From an uncultured Candidatus Saccharimonadales bacterium (GTDB lineage Bacteria > Patescibacteriota > Saccharimonadia > UBA4664): a DNA stretch of 64,000 bases. Below are positions 52,292-61,101 of the stretch, one piece after another. Under the pieces are notes generated by a model, which was given only the letters and a program-made list of their open reading frames with translations, made no database searches and was not told where the DNA came from. Location: contig CAYXSN010000005.1 of NCBI GenBank assembly GCA_964467655.1, positions 16,920 to 80,919 of the forward strand. Reading direction: 5' to 3'. A program made the position numbers and the translations under genes. Numbering within the stretch: the first letter of the stretch is position 1; each line of letters starts with the position of its first letter.

Positions 52292-55200
52292 CTACCACCT
52301 TCCTCCTACGATGAAGTCCCAGTGACGATCTTTACCGCGCCACTTCCAACCAGCACGGAAAGTCTGGCGGTTACCCGGAAAGCGCGACCACCCTAACTTG
52401 AAACTTCCATAATTATTTAGTTTACCGGCACCACTGCCCAGAGTTGCGTGTCCAAAGAGCTTACTATTTACCCCAATGACCGGCATTCGTGACTGTACAC
52501 GCGCCAACTTAGTACTAACCGCTTCAACTCCCTTAAGAAACATCCCCGCCCTACCGGCATTTACCGCCTTTGCTGCAACCTTGGTCAACAAGCCCGCGCC
52601 CACCAAACCACCAGCAGCAACCAACGCCTCCCCGTACCGTCCCTGAGCGACATTCCCTGCGACAGCAACCGCAGAGCATGCTATGCCGATCGGACCAGGT
52701 ATAAACGAGCCTATTGTAGCAACTGTGGTAACAACTTTTGCCGCAGCCTTAAACTTGTCCCAGAATCCAGCATTCCCATCTAAGTCGAAACCGTTTACTG
52801 GATCAGTCGGGTACACATAGCCGTTCTCGTTTCCACCCTCCTGCGGATCGACCTGGAGGAACCTCCCAATCTTCGCCAGGTACACCCGTGCCCCCATCTC
52901 AGTCGGAGCAAGAGCAAAGGCTGTTTCGGTGTCCTTTTCGTGCTGACCGACCCAGCCATAGGTAGAGCCGGTTGCGGTGTTGTTGGGGGAGCTAGCGACC
53001 GGGTTACCGAAGGGATCGTACATGAAGGTACCCGTTTGCGTACCATTGGCGTCGGTGGTTGCCATAGTGTCGCCATGAACATTGACGAGGGAGAAGACGC
53101 GGTTAGCCGGAGCTGTTTGGTTCGGTCGTACAGTCAGAAGAACTCCACCGGGCAGTTGCTCATACTTCTCGACGATGGCATTGCTTGCATCGAGGAGTAG
53201 ATCGGGAGAGTCGCCAGCGCCCGTAAACCCATACTTGTTGGTAGTCGTAGAGCCATTGACCAGCACCCGCTGGATAGTCCTACCCTGGACATCGCGAGTG
53301 TAGGTAGCAGACTTGCTACCTACAGTAATCGAGCTGTTGCGATCACTTGAATCGTACGCAAACTGAGTGACAGGCGTGGTGCCAATTTGAGTGGTGTTGC
53401 CATGCGCATCGTAGACGGGGCTCGTGACGGAGGCATCGGAGCTACTTACGAGGCGGTCAGCGTAATCGTAACAGTAGGTCGTCGTGACCCCATTTACCGT
53501 TTGGCTGGTTCGGTTGGAGTTTTTGTTGGCATTGGCATTGTAGGTACCCGTGCAACTAGTAGGGGAGCCAAAACCGTAGCTGTAGGTATTTGAGCCAATG
53601 GTCGCAGAGGTTAGGCGGCCTGCTTTGTCGTAAGTGTAGCTCTTGCTTTGACCAAGCTCGGTGCCAGAGATGATTTGGCCGGATTGGCTGCGAGTAACAG
53701 CGTCGGTAACATGCGTCGTACCATTACCGAGCGTGTAATCCATGCCCACCGTCCGGCCGAGAGAGTCGCGGGAGATGGCCAGAGCTTGCGAGCCAGCGGT
53801 AGGGTAGGTGACGCCTGACAGGCGACCGTAGCCATCGTAGCTCGGAACCGCCTGGGTAACCCCGTCGAGGGTTTGGGTGGTTAAACGATTGTAACTATCG
53901 TATGTGAACCCTTCTGCGCCGAGCGGACCGGAACGCGAGCTGAGGCGGCCGAGAGAGTCGTAGCTCGTTGTGGTGGTCTGGTTGTTGGCGTCGGTGTAGC
54001 TGACTGTACGGCCAAGGAGGTCGCTAGTGCTGGTAATGGTGCCATTAGCATCGGCCGTGCTCACAACGAAGGGATTACCACCAACGGACCAGTTGTTAGT
54101 GACGGTGCGGGCCGGAGCGCTACCAAAGGCCGGGATGGCAACTTGTGTGACTCGGCCGCGAGAGTCGTAGGTGGTGCAAGTCCAGGAATCACTATTGTAG
54201 CGAGTAGCCACCACCCGACCAGCTGCGTCGTAAACTGTTTCAGTGGTACGGCTAATTTGAGCGCCAGCTCCATCTGGGTCGGCTTCAGCCTTGAGCTTCA
54301 GCATACCTGCCTGGCTCACGGCCGCTCCGCCCACGCAGGGGTTAGCCCGGGTTTCGGTGGCACCGTAATAGGCGTATTGCGTACTCGGGTTACCTGCATC
54401 GTTGCCCGGCAGCACCTTAGTGAGCTGCCGCAAGTAGCTACCGCTAGTGCCTTGGGCTTCGTAGGTACTTGAGCTAGTGTAGTTGAGACCAGCAGAATCG
54501 AGGGTATTGGACTGTGCGAGGCCGAGCTCGGGATTAGCGCCGTAATTGGTAGTCGATTGCGTATCACCAACCGCAGCGCTTGAGTCAAAGGTCTTTTGGC
54601 TCGTCGCTAGTCCGTAACGGGGCGTCAAGATCGAACCAAGCACGCTCGTCTCACTCCCACCCGGCGCGGTCTTGAACAGTTCCAGATGACCGTCGGCGTC
54701 GAGCGTGGAGCCGACGGCTTTATTGTAATAGTCGAGCCGGACGCGGTGCCAGGAGTTGGCGGTCGGATTCGTGAACACGCCAACGGTATGGTCGCGGTAA
54801 ACACCGTCAGCCCAATCATCAGCCACAAGAATATCGTCAATCCAGAGGCGGGCACCATCGTCGGACTTAACTTTGAAAGTGTGGTCGCCGGTTTCGGCCA
54901 GCTTAATTGAACCGCTCAGCCGCAAGCCCCAACCGTAAGTGGACTGGCTCGGCGTAATGGGCTGCGTCGAGCCCCAATTCTTCACCACATCGCCGTTTGT
55001 GGGGCCAACGCCAGTTTGGTGGCTCCTGGGGGCGCCGGTGAGGACCTTGGTGCTCACGCCGGTGCCATTGGTAGCAATTGCGACGTCGTAGTAGGTGGCG
55101 GCTAGGCCGGTAATGCCCTCGTCATAGCCAGTTTGCGTATGGGGAGTTGAGCTGACATTAGCCGTCAGCGGCTTGCGGTCGGTCCCATACCAACTGCTCG

Positions 55201-58200
55201 GAGCGGGGCCATATTGATCCGTCGGCCGGTCGTCCTCGTCATAGATAGTAGTGGACTTGAGTCCAGCCGCATCCGTCGAAGAAAGCACCATATCCTTGCG
55301 AGGTGCCCCCGTAGTTGGGTCAACATCCCACTCGGTCTTGGTGGTGAGTCCAGATAACCAGCTCGACGGCGTACCAAAGGTTGTTCCGGTTGAAATACCA
55401 GCCATAATCTGGTCACCACCCGCCCCGGCGGTGCCGTTATTGAACGAGCCGAAGTCGGCCTTACCGTCAGCGTTTGCATCACCCGTAAACGGCTTCATGC
55501 CAAACCAGTTCCATCCCGCTAGGCTCTGAACATAGGTGGTGCTGTTAGCCAACGGTGAGCTCGCTCCATACAGGGTATGAAGGTCAGTGCCGCTCGGTGT
55601 ACTGTGGACCAATGCTACGTCATCATAAGCATCGCCATTAAAGTTGCCCGCAGCCAGGTTTACCTTCGACCAAACCCAGCCATTTGCAGCAGGGAGGCTG
55701 CGGATGTAGGTCGAGGTATTAGCGAATGGTGTCGTACCACCATTGAGCATATGAACATCAATGCCGTCACTGGCTACCTGATGGAAGATAGCCACGTCAG
55801 AGTAGCCATCGGCGTTAAACTTCCCGCCCGCCAGTTTCATCTTGGACCAGGCCCAACCGTTTGAAGCCGGTAAGTTTACTACCCAGGTAGAGCTATTGCC
55901 GAAAGGCGTCGAGCCACCGTAGAGGGCGTGTATCCCGACACCATCATCAGAGAGCTGATGGAAGATAGTAAGGTCAGCTTTACCATCACCGTTAATATCA
56001 CCAGGCACCAGCTTGAACTTGGACCAGGCCCAACCGCTAGAAGAGGGCATATTGCGTAGTAAGGTGGGGCTGTTATTGGAGGGTGAGCTGGTTCCATATA
56101 GTGCGTAGACATCGGCCCCGTCTCCGGTGGCCTGTCGAACCAAAGCTAGATCAGCTTTCCCATCGCCGTTAAAGTCACCCACAAGGGGCTTGATGCCATC
56201 CCAGCTCCAGCCCGGCAGGTTAGCCCAACGCACCAGCGGTTGGTAACCGCTACCCGTAGATGCTGCAAACATAACCTCCGAGCCACTCGCACCGCTGGCA
56301 CCGTTGTTGAGCAAGGCAACATCGGCTTTACCGTCGCCGTTAAAGTCACCCGTGATGGGGATCGTGCCGTTCCAGTTGAAGCCGTACTGCTCAGTATCGG
56401 TCAGCGTGCGATACGTTGTATCGTACGTGACTTTACGACCTCCGGTTACGGCAGTATCCGGGTGCATGATGGTGTAGCCAGCATCGCTACCAGCAGCCGA
56501 GTAATAGCTGTAGCTATGAGACTGATGAGCGGCTCCAGCAGTAGCAGCGGGCATGGTTATGCTTGAAACGCGGCCAATGGCGTCATAGGAAATGGTCGTA
56601 AGCTCGTTTCCATCCTGAGTACGAACGCCAGCCGAGATAGCATCATTCGCCAACGAATCCCGCATCGATGTGATGCGGCCGAGCGAATCAAAGCCATAGT
56701 CGCTAATCTCACTCCCGGGGTGGATTAGCCGAGCAAGCCGCCCCGTAGACGAGTAGGCAAACTGCGTAACCTGGCTGTCTGACGTAGTAACCGCACAAAT
56801 CATGCCAGCTGGTACGGCCGAGAAGCCCGAGGGAACCGAAGGACATCCGGCGTCGCCACTGTAGTAAACCTTAGCCCAACGACTTGAATCTACCCCATCG
56901 GTAACCTGGGTGAGATGGGCAGGGAGACCACTGTAACTGTACTGCAAAGCCGCCGGATTGCGATCGTCAGCCGGGCTCGTGCTCAGCTTGAGCGTGCCGT
57001 CAGTGTCGAAGACATAGGTACGGCCATCACTATCCTGGAGAGTGATGGTGCCGTCACCATTGCGGACCATGTGGCCGGTCTCGTTGACCGGAGGCGTGTA
57101 GCCCGAGCCGGTCCATTTATACTCATGCGTTTCACCGGTCGAGTCACGCAGAACCACACTATTTACGCCAATGGTCGCAAAATCATAACCAAGATCGCCA
57201 TCGGCATCAATGCTTAAGCCCCAGCCATCTGGCAGCACTTGAGCCTGCGGCAGCAGCCAGTCCGACGGCACCGGTAGGGTCTTGTCGATACCTGGCCCAT
57301 CAACATAGAGTCCAAGACTGGCATTGCCAGTCACCTCACGGTATTCAACCGTGATCGACTTAGTCTGTCCGGCAGTCATGGTGACGCCAGTTGAACCCGG
57401 CGCAGTCGTTGGCCAAGCGGGTGAGGTGGTGGAAGTAGACCAGTTATCGAGCTGGGTTACGCCATCCACGATAATCTTGATACCATCATCGGCCTGACCG
57501 CCAAACTTATAGGTGCCGTCTTGGGGTGCCTTAAAGTACCCCGACCAACGCACTACAAAGTTGTCTGCTGGCCCGTTTGGTACCGGCGAACCAGCACCCC
57601 AATCCATCCCGAGCGTCGTGTCAGTACGAGCCAAGAAGCGGCTACTGACATCCGACTCGCTCGAAGGGAATGAGCTTCCGGTGTAATAACGCCCGATGAG
57701 ACCGTGCGGCGTAGCCACTGGCCGCACCCCGGTCTGAAGCCATTCAGTTGGCACAACTTGGTCAGAGAAGCCAACGCCGCGAACCCATAAACTGTTATAA
57801 GCTGCTCCAGTCGCCTCGGTGTAATCAACCGTAATGGGCACGGCCTGACCAGCCGTCAGGGCAACTCCCGTTCCCCAATGTTGGTTGGTGTAGCAACCTC
57901 CGCTGGTCGTATCCAGGACTACCTGACTATTGAGGGTAACTTTAACCGTATCATCACCAACACAGCCCATCGTGTAGGTGGTGGTATAGGGAGCCACAAA
58001 GTAGCCGCTCCAGCGAGCGCTAAAGTTATCTGTCGTTACCATGCCGGTGTACGGAGAGCCGGTATTCCAGTTGTAGTCGACGTTGGGCTCGACTCGGGTC
58101 AAAACGGGGTTGCCGGAAAAGGTGGTGTTGTTCCAGTACTGTGCTACCAGACCCTGGCGAGACCGTTGCGGCGAGTTGTAGTCAAGACCGATGCCCAAGC

Positions 58201-60124
58201 TACCGCCAAGTGCCGCGATTGAATGACTCTTGGCTCCAGTCGTTAAATTACCCGTAGCCAGGTCGACACTAACCGGGCCCACCGTATCAAACGCTTGGGT
58301 CGCATCCTTGCCGTTGCGCATATCAACTTTAAACGAGTATGTAGGGCTATAAACCGAAGCAGATTTGAGATAGGTGCCCTGGTAGCTATCCCACACCAAA
58401 GACTGCCAATAATAGGTTGTCCCGTCCTGCAAGACGTTGTCCGGCACGGTCCACTGTGATATCGGGGTAAGCCCCGAATCGGCAACGACACCGCTCACGC
58501 TTTGAATCGTGTTATATGGGTTCGAACCAGGAACGGTTTTGCTCGTTCCAATGATGTACCGATACTGCAATGGCCCGGGTCCATCTGGGTCGGTCGAAGC
58601 CGTAGTTTTTAGAAGTGGCTGGTTGGTCGTGGTTATGCCTTGGTCGGCAGGGGAACCGGCCGCAATCAGGCTTTGTGACGGAAGCGATTCGTAGTCAAAC
58701 CAGACGAGCGTACGGTCGTAGGCCAGTAGTTTGTAGGAGTTCGTGTTAGCCTCTTCGCCGTGGACAATCATCCAAGCGCTGTAATCGCCAGCCGCGGCCG
58801 CTCTCCGGTACATATCCGACACATCAATGTCGCCTGTCGAGCCAACCGTCCCACTCTGCTCACCATAAGCATAGTCGATACAGCCATACCCGAAGCATCC
58901 CGCGTGGTCGAGGTAAACTGAGCGGTTATCGTAGGTGCCGTAGTAATGAACCCCGTCGGGAGTGGGCATCTCGACGTGGAAGATGGCTTGGACGATATAT
59001 TTGCCCGCCACCGACGAATATGGGGAATAGAACATGAACCGCCAGATATTGCCACTAACGTTACCCACACTGTTGCCACAGCCCTGGCCCGGGTTGCAGA
59101 CATAGCCGTCCGACTTGTAGTTAACGTAGTTGCTCCCGCTATAGCTCCAAAACGACGGATCAATCACCAGAGGGAATTTATCGGTGGTCTGCTTTTGCAT
59201 CCAGTCCGAATCAAGCGTAACGGTGAGGCGTGAACCATTTACCGATTGCCGGACAATTGGTGCGGCCCCCAAGATGCCCTCAGTAGCAGTGGCGATAGTC
59301 GGAACCGGAAGCTTAATGTTGCTCAAAGCCCCGTCGAGCTTAAAACCGCCCGGATTGTCGGTATCAGGCAAGAGGTTTGCGCCCGAGAAATCAAACGAAA
59401 AAGTGCTAGCGGCGGCCCGGCTCTTTATGACGATGCTCTCTTTAACCTCTGAACCCGACAACTGGTACATCAGATCAATGCCCGGCCAGACATTACGGTA
59501 CTTCACGATCTGGTTAGGGGCGGTACCGGTGACTTCTGGCTGGACTTGGCTTGCGCCGAGGGGTTTGAAAGTGACTGTCTGTCCGCCTTGATTTAGCTCA
59601 ACTCCTTGTGTAGGCGAAACTGCGCCAAAGCGAGCCTGCCAGGAGTTAGCTTTGGTCTTCCATTTACCATCCGTGGCGTCTTGAGCCAGAGACACATCGA
59701 CGTCTTTCCATTGGCCATTTTCTCGATAGCTCGTAGCTACTAGGCTACGGCGAAGGCTTTTGCTGCCGTCGGCGTTGAGGAAAACGGTGTCATTTTCAGT
59801 CCGACCTTCATTGAGAGCTTGCACGTGCCGTCTATCGCTTGGATGACCATCTTGCTGTGCTTTGCGGTCAGCATCCAGCTGCTGTTGGACAGAGATTGGG
59901 AGTGCGGAGGCTTTGCCAGTAGGGAGGGTGGCGTCGGCGGCCGGGGCGCTTGCGGGGGTGGTCTCAGCTAAAGCATGCGGTGTCCGAGCCTGATGCTTAT
60001 TGTAGGCGTCGATGAGCAATCCCACGCCAACTGAACTCAAAGTAATTGCGCCAACCATAAATATATTGAACGCAGAATAATGGAGCTTACGATCAATTAC
60101 TTTTTTGACACGCTGATACCACAT
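52292..60124 (-). CDS. Giant Rhs/YD-repeat polymorphic toxin (2610 aa): N-terminal TM anchor, PA14 domains, FG-GAP/VCBS repeats, YD repeats, RHS core, variable C-terminal Gly/Ala-rich toxin domain
   Basis: Two PA14-like segments (ARWSGYF... / VRWSGYFKAP...), six GDFNGDGKAD-type FG-GAP repeats, many YD repeats (YxYDxxGR), RHS core ending YVYPTDPVNGFDLDGN, then ~150-aa divergent tail. Confidence 0.85.
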   Translation of the reverse strand: MWYQRVKKVIDRKLHYSAFNIFMVGAITLSSVGVGLLIDAYNKHQARTPHALAETTPASAPAADATLPTGKASALPISVQQQLDADRKAQQDGHPSDRRHVQALNEGRTENDTVFLNADGSKSLRRSLVATSYRENGQWKDVDVSLAQDATDGKWKTKANSWQARFGAVSPTQGVELNQGGQTVTFKPLGASQVQPEVTGTAPNQIVKYRNVWPGIDLMYQLSGSEVKESIVIKSRAAASTFSFDFSGANLLPDTDNPGGFKLDGALSNIKLPVPTIATATEGILGAAPIVRQSVNGSRLTVTLDSDWMQKQTTDKFPLVIDPSFWSYSGSNYVNYKSDGYVCNPGQGCGNSVGNVSGNIWRFMFYSPYSSVAGKYIVQAIFHVEMPTPDGVHYYGTYDNRSVYLDHAGCFGYGCIDYAYGEQSGTVGSTGDIDVSDMYRRAAAAGDYSAWMIVHGEEANTNSYKLLAYDRTLVWFDYESLPSQSLIAAGSPADQGITTTNQPLLKTTASTDPDGPGPLQYRYIIGTSKTVPGSNPYNTIQSVSGVVADSGLTPISQWTVPDNVLQDGTTYYWQSLVWDSYQGTYLKSASVYSPTYSFKVDMRNGKDATQAFDTVGPVSVDLATGNLTTGAKSHSIAALGGSLGIGLDYNSPQRSRQGLVAQYWNNTTFSGNPVLTRVEPNVDYNWNTGSPYTGMVTTDNFSARWSGYFVAPYTTTYTMGCVGDDTVKVTLNSQVVLDTTSGGCYTNQHWGTGVALTAGQAVPITVDYTEATGAAYNSLWVRGVGFSDQVVPTEWLQTGVRPVATPHGLIGRYYTGSSFPSSESDVSSRFLARTDTTLGMDWGAGSPVPNGPADNFVVRWSGYFKAPQDGTYKFGGQADDGIKIIVDGVTQLDNWSTSTTSPAWPTTAPGSTGVTMTAGQTKSITVEYREVTGNASLGLYVDGPGIDKTLPVPSDWLLPQAQVLPDGWGLSIDADGDLGYDFATIGVNSVVLRDSTGETHEYKWTGSGYTPPVNETGHMVRNGDGTITLQDSDGRTYVFDTDGTLKLSTSPADDRNPAALQYSYSGLPAHLTQVTDGVDSSRWAKVYYSGDAGCPSVPSGFSAVPAGMICAVTTSDSQVTQFAYSSTGRLARLIHPGSEISDYGFDSLGRITSMRDSLANDAISAGVRTQDGNELTTISYDAIGRVSSITMPAATAGAAHQSHSYSYYSAAGSDAGYTIMHPDTAVTGGRKVTYDTTYRTLTDTEQYGFNWNGTIPITGDFNGDGKADVALLNNGASGASGSEVMFAASTGSGYQPLVRWANLPGWSWDGIKPLVGDFNGDGKADLALVRQATGDGADVYALYGTSSPSNNSPTLLRNMPSSSGWAWSKFKLVPGDINGDGKADLTIFHQLSDDGVGIHALYGGSTPFGNSSTWVVNLPASNGWAWSKMKLAGGKFNADGYSDVAIFHQVASDGIDVHMLNGGTTPFANTSTYIRSLPAANGWVWSKVNLAAGNFNGDAYDDVALVHSTPSGTDLHTLYGASSPLANSTTYVQSLAGWNWFGMKPFTGDANADGKADFGSFNNGTAGAGGDQIMAGISTGTTFGTPSSWLSGLTTKTEWDVDPTTGAPRKDMVLSSTDAAGLKSTTIYDEDDRPTDQYGPAPSSWYGTDRKPLTANVSSTPHTQTGYDEGITGLAATYYDVAIATNGTGVSTKVLTGAPRSHQTGVGPTNGDVVKNWGSTQPITPSQSTYGWGLRLSGSIKLAETGDHTFKVKSDDGARLWIDDILVADDWADGVYRDHTVGVFTNPTANSWHRVRLDYYNKAVGSTLDADGHLELFKTAPGGSETSVLGSILTPRYGLATSQKTFDSSAAVGDTQSTTNYGANPELGLAQSNTLDSAGLNYTSSSTYEAQGTSGSYLRQLTKVLPGNDAGNPSTQYAYYGATETRANPCVGGAAVSQAGMLKLKAEADPDGAGAQISRTTETVYDAAGRVVATRYNSDSWTCTTYDSRGRVTQVAIPAFGSAPARTVTNNWSVGGNPFVVSTADANGTITSTSDLLGRTVSYTDANNQTTTTSYDSLGRLSSRSGPLGAEGFTYDSYNRLTTQTLDGVTQAVPSYDGYGRLSGVTYPTAGSQALAISRDSLGRTVGMDYTLGNGTTHVTDAVTRSQSGQIISGTELGQSKSYTYDKAGRLTSATIGSNTYSYGFGSPTSCTGTYNANANKNSNRTSQTVNGVTTTYCYDYADRLVSSSDASVTSPVYDAHGNTTQIGTTPVTQFAYDSSDRNSSITVGSKSATYTRDVQGRTIQRVLVNGSTTTNKYGFTGAGDSPDLLLDASNAIVEKYEQLPGGVLLTVRPNQTAPANRVFSLVNVHGDTMATTDANGTQTGTFMYDPFGNPVASSPNNTATGSTYGWVGQHEKDTETAFALAPTEMGARVYLAKIGRFLQVDPQEGGNENGYVYPTDPVNGFDLDGNAGFWDKFKAAAKVVTTVATIGSFIPGPIGIACSAVAVAGNVAQGRYGEALVAAGGLVGAGLLTKVAAKAVNAGRAGMFLKGVEAVSTKLARVQSRMPVIGVNSKLFGHATLGSGAGKLNNYGSFKLGWSRFPGNRQTFRAGWKWRGKDRHWDFIVGGRW

Positions 60125-60186
60125 CTGATTGGCTCCACCATTAGTATTTTAAACAGTACATGCTTGGTTTATGGCTTGGCAAGAGT

Positions 60187-60209
60187 TCACCCACCACTCC
60201 GCTCACTAT
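60187..60209 (+). promoter_or_regulatory. Copy 3 of conserved motif CCACCAnnnCGCTCACTAT
   Basis: cacccaccactccGCTCACTATt located between Rhs 5' end and next gene; no + strand gene immediately downstream. Confidence 0.3.
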
Positions 60210-60239
60210 TTCTTCACAATTGCCTCCTTTTTATAATCG

Positions 60240-60587
60240 CTAGTTCTTAAGATACCGACCATAAGTATCCATAAGGTCCTCACGATTGCGCGGATTATTG
60301 AGCTGACCCAGTATCATAAGACCGCTGAACCCATAGCCAACCATAAAGGCAATGAGGTAAGCCGGGAACCAGGCCCGTAGACCAGCATAAACAGCAGCCG
60401 ATATTGCCAGCCAGACTAACGGGCTAGCCAATGTTACAACCCACGGAATTTTGTCTACTCGGCCAGCCCTCTTCCAGCGATACAACTGAGGTAGCGCCAA
60501 AAACAGGGGATAGATAATTTGAGCCGTCGCTAGCGCCCCAACGCCACAACCAATCATTAAAGCAATACAACCAAGAATAAGTACCAT
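60240..60587 (-). CDS. Small hypothetical membrane protein (3-4 TM)
   Basis: Hydrophobic helices, 115 aa. Confidence 0.4.
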   Translation of the reverse strand: MVLILGCIALMIGCGVGALATAQIIYPLFLALPQLYRWKRAGRVDKIPWVVTLASPLVWLAISAAVYAGLRAWFPAYLIAFMVGYGFSGLMILGQLNNPRNREDLMDTYGRYLKN

Positions 60588-60634
60588 TTCTGGCTCCCTT
60601 TGTTAAAGCCATAATACAGTTTTTTCAAGATAAA

Positions 60635-60672
60635 CTCCATGTATACTGCGTGGAGTAGACATGGAGCTCCAT
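60635..60672. promoter_or_regulatory. Operator-like palindromes (CTCCAT ... ATGGAGCTCCAT) upstream of XRE regulator
   Basis: Perfect 12-bp palindrome ATGGAGCTCCAT plus CTCCATGT-N16-ACATGGAG inverted repeat, 14-50 nt upstream of XRE start. Confidence 0.4.
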
Positions 60673-60685
60673 ATCTAATGGAAAC

Positions 60686-60946
60686 ATGTCAGGCAATCTC
60701 CAGGAACCCGAAAACGAAGATCGCGAGCTGAAACAGCAATTCAGCCTACGGCTGGGTAAACGCCTGCGCGAAGTCCGCGAGTCGAAGCAGATTACGCAAG
60801 AAGAGCTCGCTAACCGCGCCAACATTTACAGGACTTATGTGGGCCATATTGAAACTGGCACCTACAGCCCGACAGTCTACACCATGTCACGCTTAGCCAA
60901 GGCAATGGGTATTGAGTTGGCAGAGTTATTGCGCGATTTAGATTAG
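60686..60946 (+). CDS. XRE-family helix-turn-helix transcriptional regulator
   Basis: LGKRLREVRESKQITQEELANRANIYRTYVGHIETG classic XRE HTH. Confidence 0.7.
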   Translation: MSGNLQEPENEDRELKQQFSLRLGKRLREVRESKQITQEELANRANIYRTYVGHIETGTYSPTVYTMSRLAKAMGIELAELLRDLD

Positions 60947-61024
60947 CTTTAGCGATGCAGCCCCTGGAGCCACTCTACCACCGCCAGCAAGCTTTCAGGT
61001 TAGTGGGGTTTTAGGCTAAGTTAG

Positions 61025-61050
61025 GCCACCCCACCATCTAGCTCACTATT
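61025..61050 (+). promoter_or_regulatory. Copy 4 of conserved motif CCACCAnnnAGCTCACTAT
   Basis: gccaccccaccatctAGCTCACTATt, 52 nt upstream of ATG 61102. Confidence 0.4.
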
Positions 61051-61101
61051 CCATCCAGGTATAAACTAGGTGGCAAACAGATATGAGGATGAGCATTACA
61101 C

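Noticed and set aside
52795-59591. Dozens of 60-135 aa ORFs on both strands inside the Rhs gene
   Set aside because: They are embedded within a continuous 7.8 kb reading frame with recognisable repeat families, so they are antisense or alternate-frame artefacts.
47422-61050. Interpreting the CTCACTATA-containing motif as proof of a T7-like prophage
   Set aside because: No single-subunit RNA polymerase or phage structural gene is visible in the window, and one copy has no downstream gene. It is kept as a conserved motif of unknown recognition rather than a definitive phage promoter.
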